Assembly: GCA_003157775.1 (NCBI GenBank) | Contig: PMKP01000334.1 | Coordinates: forward strand, 1-61,242 | Source of the DNA: Myxococcales bacterium | GTDB lineage: Bacteria; Myxococcota_A; Polyangia; Fen-1088 | Length of the DNA: 61,242 nucleotides | Direction: 5' to 3' | Part shown: one piece after another, positions 36,745-45,648 of the stretch | Layout of the letters: the number at the start of each line of letters is the position of its first letter | Numbering within the stretch: position 1 is the stretch's first letter | Made by a program: the position numbers and the translations under genes | The notes under the pieces: model-generated | What the model was told of the DNA's origin: nothing | The model's database searches: none | What the model saw: only the letters and a program-made list of their open reading frames with translations

Positions 36745-37209
36745 CTACTTCATCATCTTCTCCATATTGGCGACCATCTTCTGCATCTCGGCGATGATCT
36801 CCTTGTGAGCCTCGAGCACCTTCTTGGAGGCTGCGGTCAGTTCGGCGTCGGCCTTCATCTTGGCCATGTCGTGCGGTGCCGCTGGCCAGGATGACGCCTT
36901 CTTCATTTCGGCTGCGACCTTCTCCAAGTTGGCCGCTATCTGCTTGTGGGTCTTGGCCAGCTCACGCAGACCCTTGACCTCGGCTTGCGAGGCCTTGTCC
37001 TTGTTGGAGGACATGAACTTCGCGTGGGCTTCCTCCATCTCGGCCACCGACATAGCACCCGCGGCGAGCTTCTCGGGAATCACGGCCATGCCCGCCGTCA
37101 TCTGGCCGCAGGTGGGCTGGGCTGCAGCCATGGCTGGCTGATCGGCGGCGTGTGCAGGGGCTAACGTCACGAGAGACAGAAGTAGAACGGCAATAAATGT
37201 TGGTTTCAT
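36745..37209 (-). CDS. exported Met-rich helical protein, unknown function
   Basis: Signal peptide MKPTFIAVLLLSLVTLAPAHA. 16 Met in 154 aa, including HDMAKMK and EMQKMVANMEKMMK. Confidence 0.6.
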   Translation of the reverse strand: MKPTFIAVLLLSLVTLAPAHAADQPAMAAAQPTCGQMTAGMAVIPEKLAAGAMSVAEMEEAHAKFMSSNKDKASQAEVKGLRELAKTHKQIAANLEKVAAEMKKASSWPAAPHDMAKMKADAELTAASKKVLEAHKEIIAEMQKMVANMEKMMK

Positions 37210-37569
37210 CGAGCATTCCTCCTTTGGATGAGTGGCGGGATGGCACTGGCCCGGCCCAAAGAGCAGGTCAGGCGCAACCCGCGGGTTTGCGAAGGTTGAT
37301 GCAATGCCGAGCCAACCCGTTACAGCGTCCGTCAGCCGTCCCTCGAAATATCCAACTCGAAGTGGTTCTCTTGCCAGTTCGCGCAGTTCCTGCGTCTGCC
37401 TTGCTCGAAACCCTGAAAGCCCGGTGTGCTCGGCTTTGCCTGGGAGCGATCTTTGCTGACAGCGACCCGCTGGCCGCGGCGAGTGCGGGGCATCTTTCCC
37501 TCCGCCCTTTTCGCGCTACACTCCACCACCAAGTCCGGCCTGCGGCCGGCAGAATGGGGAGTGGCACCG

Positions 37570-40413
37570 ATGACTCAAGGGGAACCGGCCGACCGAGACG
37601 TGCATGAAAACGTACAGCAGGATGCGCGCGACGCCGATCCGCAGGAGACGCAAGAGTGGATCGACGCCCTGGAATCCACCCTGGCCCACGCTGGCGTCGA
37701 ACGCGCCCATTTCTTGCTTCAACAACTGGTCGATCGCGCGCGCCGGGCGGGTGCGCACCTGCCCTTTGACGCCACCACCGCGTACATCAACACCATCCCG
37801 CATTCGCGGCAAGCCATTGCGCCCGGCGATCCAGCCCTCGAGCGCCGCATCCGCTCTCTGGTCCGCTGGAACGCGCTGGCCATGGTGGTGCACGCCAACC
37901 GGCGCAGCACGGAGCTGGGCGGCCACATTGCTAGCTTCGCCTCGGCCGCCACCCTGTACGACGTGGGCTTCAACCATTTCTTCCGCGCCCCGACCGACAA
38001 GCACGGCGGCGATCTGGTTTACATCCAGGGCCACTCGGCGCCCGGAATCTATGCGCGCGCCTATCTCGAAGGCCGCCTGACCGAGGACCAGCTCAACAAC
38101 TTCCGCCAGGAGATCGGCGGCCATGGTCTCTCGTCCTATCCGCATCCCTGGCTGATGCCCGATTTCTGGCAGTTCTCCACGGTCAGCATGGGGCTTTCGT
38201 CCATGCTGGCTATCTACCAGGCGCGCCTGATGAAGTATCTGCACAACCGGGGCCTGCAGGAGGCGCAGGACCGCAAGGTGTGGGCATTCCTCGGCGACGG
38301 GGAGATGGACGAGGCCGAGTCCCTGGGTGCCATCACGCTCGCCGCCCGCGAAAGGCTCGACAACCTGATCTTCGTGATCAACTGCAATCTGCAGCGCCTG
38401 GACGGGCCGGTGCGGGGCAACGGCAATATCATTCAGGAGCTGGAGGCCCTGTTCCGCGGCGCTGGCTGGAACGTCATCAAGGTGGTGTGGGGCTCGTACT
38501 GGGATCCCCTCTTGCAGCTCGATAGCAAGGGTCTTCTGCGCAAGCGCTTTCTGGAATGCGTCGACGGCGAATACCAGGCTTTCAAGGCCAAGGGCGGCGC
38601 CTACACGCGCGAGAAGTTCTTCGGCAAGTATCCCGAGCTGCGTGCCATGGTGGCGAGCCTTTCCGACGAGGACATCTGGCGTCTCAATCGCGGTGGCCAT
38701 GATCCGCACAAGGTCTTCGCCGCCTACGCTGCCGCGGTATCGACCCAGGGCCAGCCGACGGTGGTTCTGGCCAAGACGGTCAAAGGCTACGGCATGGGCG
38801 AGGCCGGCGAGGGCCAGAACATCACCCACCAGCAGAAGAAGATGGGCGAGGAAGCCTTGCGCGCCTTCCGCGATCGCTTCGACATTCCCATCAGCGACGA
38901 AGACATCGGCAAGGCACCGTTCTACCGGCCGCCGGAGGACAGCCCCGAGATCCGGTACCTGCGGGAGCGGCGCCAGGCACTGGGCGGCTATCTGCCCGCG
39001 CGCCGGCCCATTGCCGCGCCGCTGGCGGTGCCGCCACTCGAATCGTTCGATTTCCTCCTGCAGGGCAGCGGCGAGCGCGAATACTCCACCACCATGGCTT
39101 TCGTGCGCATGCTGGCCCGGCTGACCCGCGATCCCATCATCGGCCGTCACGTAGTGCCCATCGTGCCCGACGAAGCCCGCACCTTCGGCATGGAGGGCCT
39201 GTTCCGCCAACTCGGCATTTACTCGTCGGTGGGGCAACTCTACGAGCCGGTGGATGCCGAGCAGCTCATGTCGTACCGCGAGGCCAAGGACGGCCAAATC
39301 CTTGAAGAAGGCATCAATGAGGCCGGGGCCATGTCGTCCTTCATCGCAGCCGGCACAGCCTACGCCAACCACGGCATCAACCTCGTCCCATTCTACTGTT
39401 TCTATTCCATGTTCGGTTTCCAGCGCACCGGCGACTTCGCCTGGGCCGGCGCGGACATGCGCATGCGCGGCTTCCTCATGGGCGGCACCGCCGGCCGCAC
39501 TACCCTGGCGGGCGAGGGCCTGCAGCACCAGGATGGCCACAGCCACCTGCTGGCCGCCAACATTCCGACCTGCGTGGCTTACGATCCCACCTTCGCCTAC
39601 GAAATGGCGGTCATTGTCCAGGACGGGCTGCGCCGGATGGTCACCCAGCAGGAAGACGTCTTCTATTACATCACCATGATGAACGAGAACTACGCGCACC
39701 CGGCCCTGCCCGAGGGCGCGGCGCCCGGGATCCTGAAGGGCCTGTACCTGCTGCGCGAAAGTCGCATGGACGCGGACACGCCGCGGGTGCAGCTTGTGGG
39801 CTCAGGCGCCATCTTGCGCGAGGCACTGGCCGCAGCCGATTTGCTGGAGAGCGATTTCGGCGTCGGCGCAGACCTGTGGAGCGCCACCAGCTTCACCGAA
39901 TTGCGGCGCGAGGGACTGGCCGCGGAACGCTGGTCACTGCTGCACCCTGAAGAGCCGCGCCGGCCGAGCTTCGTCGAGACGTGCCTCCACAATCGCAAAG
40001 GCCCAGTGGTGGCGGCCACCGACTACGTACGCCTATTCGCCGACCAGATCCGGCCCTTTGTATCTAGTCCCGTGGGGAGCCCGCCGGCTCCGCCGGCGGC
40101 GGACCATCGCGGGAGGGATGCCGAGGCCGAGCGAAGCGAGCGGGGTGGGTGTGGCGGGTGGGGGGCCGAAGGGCGGAGCGAACCCTCCCAGGGTTCCCAT
40201 ACCAGACGCTACGTTGTGCTGGGCACAGACGGCTTCGGTCGCAGCGACCTGCGCAGTCAACTGCGCCAATTCTTCGAGGTCGACCGCCGTTTCATCGCAC
40301 TGGCAGCGCTCAAGGCCCTGGCCGACGAGGGCGCCATCCCCGCTACCCAGGTCAGCACAGCCCTGCGCAAGCTGGCAATTGATCCCGAAAGACCAGATCC
40401 GACCCGCGCGTGA
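37570..40413 (+). CDS. aceE: pyruvate dehydrogenase E1 component, homodimeric type
   Basis: DPQETQEWIDALE, GGHIASFASAATLY, GHSAPGIYARAYLEGRL, GDGEMDE, and VLGTDGFGRSD near the C-terminus. ATG 37570 is preceded by GGGGAG. The longest ORF starts at 37426. Confidence 0.92.
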   Translation: MTQGEPADRDVHENVQQDARDADPQETQEWIDALESTLAHAGVERAHFLLQQLVDRARRAGAHLPFDATTAYINTIPHSRQAIAPGDPALERRIRSLVRWNALAMVVHANRRSTELGGHIASFASAATLYDVGFNHFFRAPTDKHGGDLVYIQGHSAPGIYARAYLEGRLTEDQLNNFRQEIGGHGLSSYPHPWLMPDFWQFSTVSMGLSSMLAIYQARLMKYLHNRGLQEAQDRKVWAFLGDGEMDEAESLGAITLAARERLDNLIFVINCNLQRLDGPVRGNGNIIQELEALFRGAGWNVIKVVWGSYWDPLLQLDSKGLLRKRFLECVDGEYQAFKAKGGAYTREKFFGKYPELRAMVASLSDEDIWRLNRGGHDPHKVFAAYAAAVSTQGQPTVVLAKTVKGYGMGEAGEGQNITHQQKKMGEEALRAFRDRFDIPISDEDIGKAPFYRPPEDSPEIRYLRERRQALGGYLPARRPIAAPLAVPPLESFDFLLQGSGEREYSTTMAFVRMLARLTRDPIIGRHVVPIVPDEARTFGMEGLFRQLGIYSSVGQLYEPVDAEQLMSYREAKDGQILEEGINEAGAMSSFIAAGTAYANHGINLVPFYCFYSMFGFQRTGDFAWAGADMRMRGFLMGGTAGRTTLAGEGLQHQDGHSHLLAANIPTCVAYDPTFAYEMAVIVQDGLRRMVTQQEDVFYYITMMNENYAHPALPEGAAPGILKGLYLLRESRMDADTPRVQLVGSGAILREALAAADLLESDFGVGADLWSATSFTELRREGLAAERWSLLHPEEPRRPSFVETCLHNRKGPVVAATDYVRLFADQIRPFVSSPVGSPPAPPAADHRGRDAEAERSERGGCGGWGAEGRSEPSQGSHTRRYVVLGTDGFGRSDLRSQLRQFFEVDRRFIALAALKALADEGAIPATQVSTALRKLAIDPERPDPTRA

Positions 40414-40428
40414 TCAAGGAGAAGAAAC

Positions 40429-41826
40429 GTGAGCAAGACGGTTGATGTGCTGGTCCCTGATATTGGCGATTTTCACGATGTTCCCGTCATTGAGGTTCTG
40501 GTTTCCCCGGGGGCTTCTATCAAGCGCGACGATCCGATCGCGATCTTGGAGAGCGACAAGGCTTCCATGGACGTGCCCTCGCCCCATGCCGGTTTGGTCG
40601 AGAAGGTGCTGGTCAAGGTGGGCGACAAAGTATCGGCAGGCGCGCGGCTGGCGACCTTGTCGATCACCGACGAGACGACCCTGGTACCCTCGGGCGATGC
40701 CGGGCCAGTAGCGGCTTCGCCCAAGCCCGCCTCAGCGGGCCCCTGGCAGTCCGAGACACCGGTGCCGCCAGGCGATCGCATCGCGGTTGCTCCAGTGCCC
40801 GCTGCGCGCGGACAGGTGCCCATGGCGTCGGGAGTAGTAGTGGAAGACCTGCCCATGACCGACAGCGCCCGTGGTGGCATGCGGCCCTCTCCCACCGCCA
40901 GCATCCCGCTGGTAATTGACGAGGTGAAGTCCGAGCACCACGCCGCGCCGGCGGTTCGTCGTCTGGCGCGCGAACTGGGTGTGGCGCTTACCGAGATCAA
41001 GGGCACGGGCCGCAACGGCCGTATCGTTGAGGAGGACCTGCGCAACTACATCAAGGCCGCGATGGCACGGAAGCCGGCGGCTGACGGCAGCGGCCCACCT
41101 GAGTTGCCGGCAGTGGATTTTTCCAAGTTCGGCCCGATTGAGCTGCGTCCCTTGGGTCGCATTCGGCGGGCGACCGCGACCAGCGTGCAACGCTCGTGGC
41201 GACTGGTTCCGCATGTCACCCAATACGACGAAGCTGACATCACTGACCTTGAGGCATTTCGCAAGGCCGAATCTGAGCAAGCCAAGCAGCGGGGCGTGCG
41301 TCTGACCCTGCTTGCCTTCTTCATGAAAGCCACGGCGGCGACGCTCAAAGAGCATCCGACCTTCAATGCCTCGCTCGACGCCACCGGCGAGAACCTGGTG
41401 TGCAAGCGCTACTACCATCTCGGCATCGCAGTGGACACGCCCGAGGGGTTGGTGGTGCCCGTGGTGCGCGAGGTGGACCGCAAAGGCATCTGGGGGCTGG
41501 CCGGCGAGCTGACCACGCTGAGCCAGCGCGCCCGCGATCAGAAACTGACTCCCGCGGATGTGCAGGGCGCCAGCTTCACCATCTCCAGCCTGGGCGGCAT
41601 CGGCGGCACCGGGTTTTCACCCATCGTCAACGCGCCCGAGGTCGCCATCCTGGGCTTCTCGCGCGCCTCGCTGCGGCCGGTGTACCGCGATGGCCAGCTC
41701 GTCCCGCGTCTAGTTCTGCCCTTCTCGCTGTCCTACGACCATCGCGCCAACGACGGCGCGCAAGCGGCGCGATTCACCAGCCACCTGCGCGAGCTGTTGG
41801 TGGACATTCGAGAAGTGCTGCTGTAG
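40429..41826 (+). CDS. aceF: dihydrolipoamide acetyltransferase (PDH E2), single lipoyl domain
   Basis: GTG start. Lipoyl motif ESDKASMDVPS, E3-binding segment PAVRRLARELGV, and catalytic SLSYDHRANDG. Confidence 0.9.
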   Translation: MSKTVDVLVPDIGDFHDVPVIEVLVSPGASIKRDDPIAILESDKASMDVPSPHAGLVEKVLVKVGDKVSAGARLATLSITDETTLVPSGDAGPVAASPKPASAGPWQSETPVPPGDRIAVAPVPAARGQVPMASGVVVEDLPMTDSARGGMRPSPTASIPLVIDEVKSEHHAAPAVRRLARELGVALTEIKGTGRNGRIVEEDLRNYIKAAMARKPAADGSGPPELPAVDFSKFGPIELRPLGRIRRATATSVQRSWRLVPHVTQYDEADITDLEAFRKAESEQAKQRGVRLTLLAFFMKATAATLKEHPTFNASLDATGENLVCKRYYHLGIAVDTPEGLVVPVVREVDRKGIWGLAGELTTLSQRARDQKLTPADVQGASFTISSLGGIGGTGFSPIVNAPEVAILGFSRASLRPVYRDGQLVPRLVLPFSLSYDHRANDGAQAARFTSHLRELLVDIREVLL

Positions 41827-43321
41827 GCCCGCCGCCGGAAATACTGGAATCGCGTTCTTCGCGAATTTCGCTGTCCGGCTGTGCAACTATGTCCGGCCGG
41901 GCGTCCGCCTGAGTAAGCCGGTTGGCGAGGGCCACGACAAAGGCCCCGAACCAGGAGTCTTGCCCCAGTCCCTCGTCCAGCATCTTGCGCGTCACCAAAC
42001 GCACCGACACCTCGGTGACGGCCTCCACGGTTGCGCCACGCGGGCCTGGCCGGAAGACCTTTTCCTCACCAAAAACTGAGCCAGTCCCAAGCCGGCACAC
42101 GGTACCTCGCATTCCATCCTTTGTGGTGTACGCGACGCAGGCTCCTTTCACGATGACGTAGGCGGTGTCGCCGAACTCGCTCTGGCTCACGATGCGCTCG
42201 CCGGCCGAAAATGTCCTAATCGGGAATGCGATTCCCCCCTGCAAGAACCCTTCAACCTCACGCTTGAGATCGAGCACGCTCTGGTAGCGATCCCCCGGAT
42301 CGATGGCCAATGCCTTGCGCGTGATCTGGCAGATGCGCGCGGGCAGCGGAACGCCCCGGGGCGCATCCGGCAAGGAAGGCATCTGGCCCTCACGCGCCTT
42401 TTCCACGACGTCGTCCATCGAGTCTCCCAGGTACGGCGGCCGGCCCGCCAGGATCGCGTACAACACTGCGCCCAGACCGAAAACATCGGTGCGCTCGCTG
42501 ACCAGGCTCTCTGCGCCTTTGGCCTGCTCAGGTGACATGTATGCGGGGGATCCCACCACGCCCGTCACCACGCCGCCCGCTGCCTCGGGCGAGAGGACCA
42601 CGCCGTTGCCACTATCGCGATCGCGCGCACTCAGTCGCGACAGCCCCCAGTCCATCAAATACACGGTGCCGAAGTCCTCCATGATGATGTTCTCGGGTTT
42701 GATATCCAGGTGGAGCACGCCACGGCTGTGCGCAAAGGCGACGGCGTCGCAGACCTTGAGAAAGGCTCCCAGCATCTCGTGCATCGTCTCAGATGGCGTC
42801 GGCGAAAGGCGCGCTGACGCGATCCAGTCAGCCATGGACCGGCCGTGCACCAGTCGCATGGTGAAGTAGTTGGTGCCCTCGTGCTCGATGGTAAGGTCGT
42901 GCACGGGCGCGATGTTGGGATGATCGAGTTGGGCCTGGATCTGCGCCTCGGCCAGGAAACGCCTGACGTACTTGGGGTCGTCGGCCAGTGATGGGGCCAA
43001 CACCTTGATGGCCACCTCGCGCAGCAGGTTCTTGTCGCGCACGCAGTGAACTGCCCCCATCCCGCCAGCGCCAACTTTCTCCACATATTCGAACCGCCTT
43101 GCAGCCTCTTGGGTCAGCACCTGGGCTGGGGTGGCGTTGCTGTCGGCCGGCTTGGAGTCGCTTGCTGGCGAGTGCAGTGCGCGCAAGTGCGGCTCGGCGA
43201 GCGTTACTTGTTCCGGGTCAGCGCCGCTGCGCATCCCTTGCGTCGATATCAGATCCCACAAACCACCATTCACGTTCGGGAAACAATGCAAGCCTTGTTC
43301 CCCGGGGGACACGATGGCCAC
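41774..43321 (-). CDS. Ser/Thr protein kinase with C-terminal cyclic-nucleotide-binding domain
   Basis: GAGGMGAVH...VAIKVL, HLDIKPENII, DWG, GSPAYMSPE. The C-terminal cNMP-like fold contains FSAGERIVSQSEFGDTAYVIVKG...FGEEKVF. Its 3' end overlaps aceF by 53 nt (convergent). Confidence 0.85.
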   Translation of the reverse strand: MAIVSPGEQGLHCFPNVNGGLWDLISTQGMRSGADPEQVTLAEPHLRALHSPASDSKPADSNATPAQVLTQEAARRFEYVEKVGAGGMGAVHCVRDKNLLREVAIKVLAPSLADDPKYVRRFLAEAQIQAQLDHPNIAPVHDLTIEHEGTNYFTMRLVHGRSMADWIASARLSPTPSETMHEMLGAFLKVCDAVAFAHSRGVLHLDIKPENIIMEDFGTVYLMDWGLSRLSARDRDSGNGVVLSPEAAGGVVTGVVGSPAYMSPEQAKGAESLVSERTDVFGLGAVLYAILAGRPPYLGDSMDDVVEKAREGQMPSLPDAPRGVPLPARICQITRKALAIDPGDRYQSVLDLKREVEGFLQGGIAFPIRTFSAGERIVSQSEFGDTAYVIVKGACVAYTTKDGMRGTVCRLGTGSVFGEEKVFRPGPRGATVEAVTEVSVRLVTRKMLDEGLGQDSWFGAFVVALANRLTQADARPDIVAQPDSEIREERDSSISGGGPTAALLECPPTARAGGW

Positions 43322-43756
43322 TAGCCCTAGTTCATGACCACTGGAGAGCGGACGTCACCTCTGGGTGACGGATGTTACCCAGAGGTGGGGACAAACTGCC
43401 AGCCAACGCTGCCCGACGGTGCTGAGAGCGAGTCAGTAGGTGCTTTGGCTGAAGTCAAGAACCGTGCGCCCCACAGCGCAATGAACAGAACGCGAAAGAA
43501 CTGCACAGACAGGATCTCATGCTACGGGTGGCAACATTTGGCCTGTCTCGTGGCATGGAATGCGGAAATCGTTATGCCAACTGCAACTCAGCCTGACGCA
43601 CGCTTGGCTAAGACATGGAGAATGCGCGAACAGCGCGCCGCCAGACGTCGGCAGCCTTTCGGCCGGCACGTTCATTGCTTTACAAGCATTCAGGCATGCA
43701 CGACGTTCTGGGAACCGACAGGCGTCTCGGAATTTGAAGCCAAAGGAGAAAGACAG

Positions 43757-44182
43757 ATGAAGTTCTCAGCCAGCAGAGCGGTTGACGCGGCTACCATTCG
43801 CATCGACGGCGAACTGGACGAGGTCAGCACTTCGGACCTTGACTCGCCTGTCAAAGTCTCGGTCGCTGAACTCCAATCTCGCATCGTGGCCGGTCTGTCG
43901 GGTTCACGGCTCATCGAGAGCTTGGACGTGGGCGTGGGCGCCGTGGTGTTTCTGTACAAAAAACCGAAGCAGGGCGGCGGCGCAACAGCCGTCCGCGCCT
44001 TGTGTGATCAACCTTTGGCGATCGTCAAGCTTCTCTGCATGGAGGATCAGTCAGCGAGTTCCCGTCTAATCCGACATCTCGCTCGCGGATACCTCCACCT
44101 AGCCGTGAAAAACGCAAAGTCGCAAGTCGTGCCTGTCGCGGGGCGGCTGCTGAATGCGCAGAACTTGCCGCTCACCCGCTGA
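43757..44182 (+). CDS. STAS-like (anti-sigma-factor-antagonist-like) small protein
   Basis: RBS AAGGAGAAAG, then ATG 43757. IRIDGELDEVSTSDL resembles the STAS N-terminus. 141 aa. The longer ORF from 43334 crosses lower-GC, non-coding-looking DNA. Confidence 0.4.
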   Translation: MKFSASRAVDAATIRIDGELDEVSTSDLDSPVKVSVAELQSRIVAGLSGSRLIESLDVGVGAVVFLYKKPKQGGGATAVRALCDQPLAIVKLLCMEDQSASSRLIRHLARGYLHLAVKNAKSQVVPVAGRLLNAQNLPLTR

Positions 44183-44334
44183 TCCACCATCCGCATCCGC
44201 GAGGTTCGCCGAGCCACGCGCCGGTCACCTGTCCAAGGAGGATTTCTAGCGACAATCCTAGTCCATCGAGTCGGCCAGGATCGCGTACAGCCCTGCGCCC
44301 ACATGCCACATCGCGCTTCCGACCGCCCGGGTGG

Positions 44335-45036
44335 TCAGGGACACGCGTTTTCCTCCATCCAGGTCGTCGCGATCAACAACATGCCGTCCCGTATGGCGTA
44401 GCGCCCGGACAAGTGCGACGGCGAATCATAGAGGCTGGGCAGCATCACGTCGAACGAGCCATGCTCCGGGTCGAATTGCACTCCCATGTCTCGAAACTCG
44501 AAAAATCGGTGGGTCGTCGGGAAGAGGCACTTGTAGACGCTTTCCTTCGCGCAGAAGAAGAGCCGGTCCCAGGGCATGCCGTCGCCTTGCCGGCTGGCCA
44601 GCCATGTGCACTCTTTCTCGGAGCAGACCACCCCTGTCAGTTCCTCGGGCAGTGACGCGGCCGGCTCGGTGTCTAGGCCAATGCCCCGGATGGCGGGGTA
44701 GCCGCTGGGCGAGGTCCGCGCAACCGCAACGGCACAAAAACCCTGACAGTGCGTGATCGAGCCGACGTAACCGAAGGGCCACACGGGATCACGGAAACGG
44801 CCCACTGGGATAGGTACACGGGGCCCACCCAGGAGGGCCAATGCCTCACGCGCGCAACACCGGCCCAGCGCGAATTCGTGCTGGCGCGTAGGAGTTGCGC
44901 GCGCCATGGCCTGCAACTCCTCGGGAAATAGCTCGGCACCGCCTGCCAGGTCACGACGAGTGACCAAGACCACCCCCTCGGGGAACAGTTGTTCCTGCGC
45001 TCGCTCGACCATCGGAGTCACTGCCGCAGCCACCAT
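44335..45036 (-). CDS. 4'-phosphopantetheinyl transferase, EntD/Sfp-like
   Basis: HEFALGRCCAREAL, WPFGYVGSITHC, GIGLDTE and FCAKESVYKC motifs. The start is uncertain (45036, 45012 or 45135). Confidence 0.75.
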   Translation of the reverse strand: MVAAAVTPMVERAQEQLFPEGVVLVTRRDLAGGAELFPEELQAMARATPTRQHEFALGRCCAREALALLGGPRVPIPVGRFRDPVWPFGYVGSITHCQGFCAVAVARTSPSGYPAIRGIGLDTEPAASLPEELTGVVCSEKECTWLASRQGDGMPWDRLFFCAKESVYKCLFPTTHRFFEFRDMGVQFDPEHGSFDVMLPSLYDSPSHLSGRYAIRDGMLLIATTWMEENACP

Positions 45037-45221
45037 AGCGAATTGGCTAAGCAGAATCGGGGCCAGGCTTGCGGAATTGGGGACACACGCGGGAATTGCG
45101 CATTCCCTGTGCGACGGATCACGCAGGGCTGGCAAGCGATTTGTGGCGTCCGGCTTGCACTGCTATGGGAGCGTGCTTGGCAGCATTCATTCCCTTGCGA
45201 CTGAAATGCGAGGCGGGCACG

Positions 45222-45530
45222 GAACAGCGGCGGATGCGGCAGGAGCTGCGCGTGGCCGCAGAGATCCAGGCCAACCTGTTGCCACACTCCCCGGCGCACG
45301 TGCCGGGCTATGATCTGGCGGGTCGAACCCAATCGAGCGAAGCGGTGGGCGGCGATTTCTACGACCTCGCCTATGACGGCAGCCTGCTTCACCTGGCGCT
45401 GGGAGATGTCGCGGGCAAGGGCGTGGGCGCGGCCATGCTCAACGCTATCTTCGGAGCCGCGGACCGGCGCATTACAGAGCTGCCGCGCGACGACCGGACA
45501 TTGGTTGTCGTGCGCCGGCTGGCGGCGTAG
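45222..45530 (+). pseudogene. internally deleted remnant of a PP2C/SpoIIE-type (RsbU-like) phosphatase
   Basis: It retains ELRVAAEIQANLLP...VGGDFYDL...LGDVAGKGVGAAML and then jumps to the family's C-terminal DDRTLVVVRRL. More than 100 aa of the catalytic domain and the sensor region are absent. Confidence 0.5.
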
Positions 45531-45648
45531 CCAAGTCAGGGGCGATGAATCTACCCATCGTCCCAGATACCAGCTATCATCTCGCCCGGATAGGTTTGGT
45601 AGCCGGCAAGGGGATAACTTCCATTCTCCGACGGAGGCTGTGACCAAG

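Noticed and set aside
37300-37314. On the minus strand, TGGCTCGGCATTGCA upstream of the Met-rich protein gene.
   Set aside because: The GG-to-GC spacing is one nucleotide too short for a sigma-54 promoter, which does not tolerate spacing changes.
37516-39699. 727-aa minus-strand ORF antisense to aceE. Similar long shadows occur at 19376..20839 (-), 45577..47100 (-), 27380..29023 (+), 49291..50208 (-), 51441..52184 (-) and 57678..58703 (-).
   Set aside because: Each lies opposite a gene with unmistakable family motifs. Their translations are Arg/Ala/Gly/Pro-rich with no motifs. This is the typical GC-rich antisense open-frame artefact.
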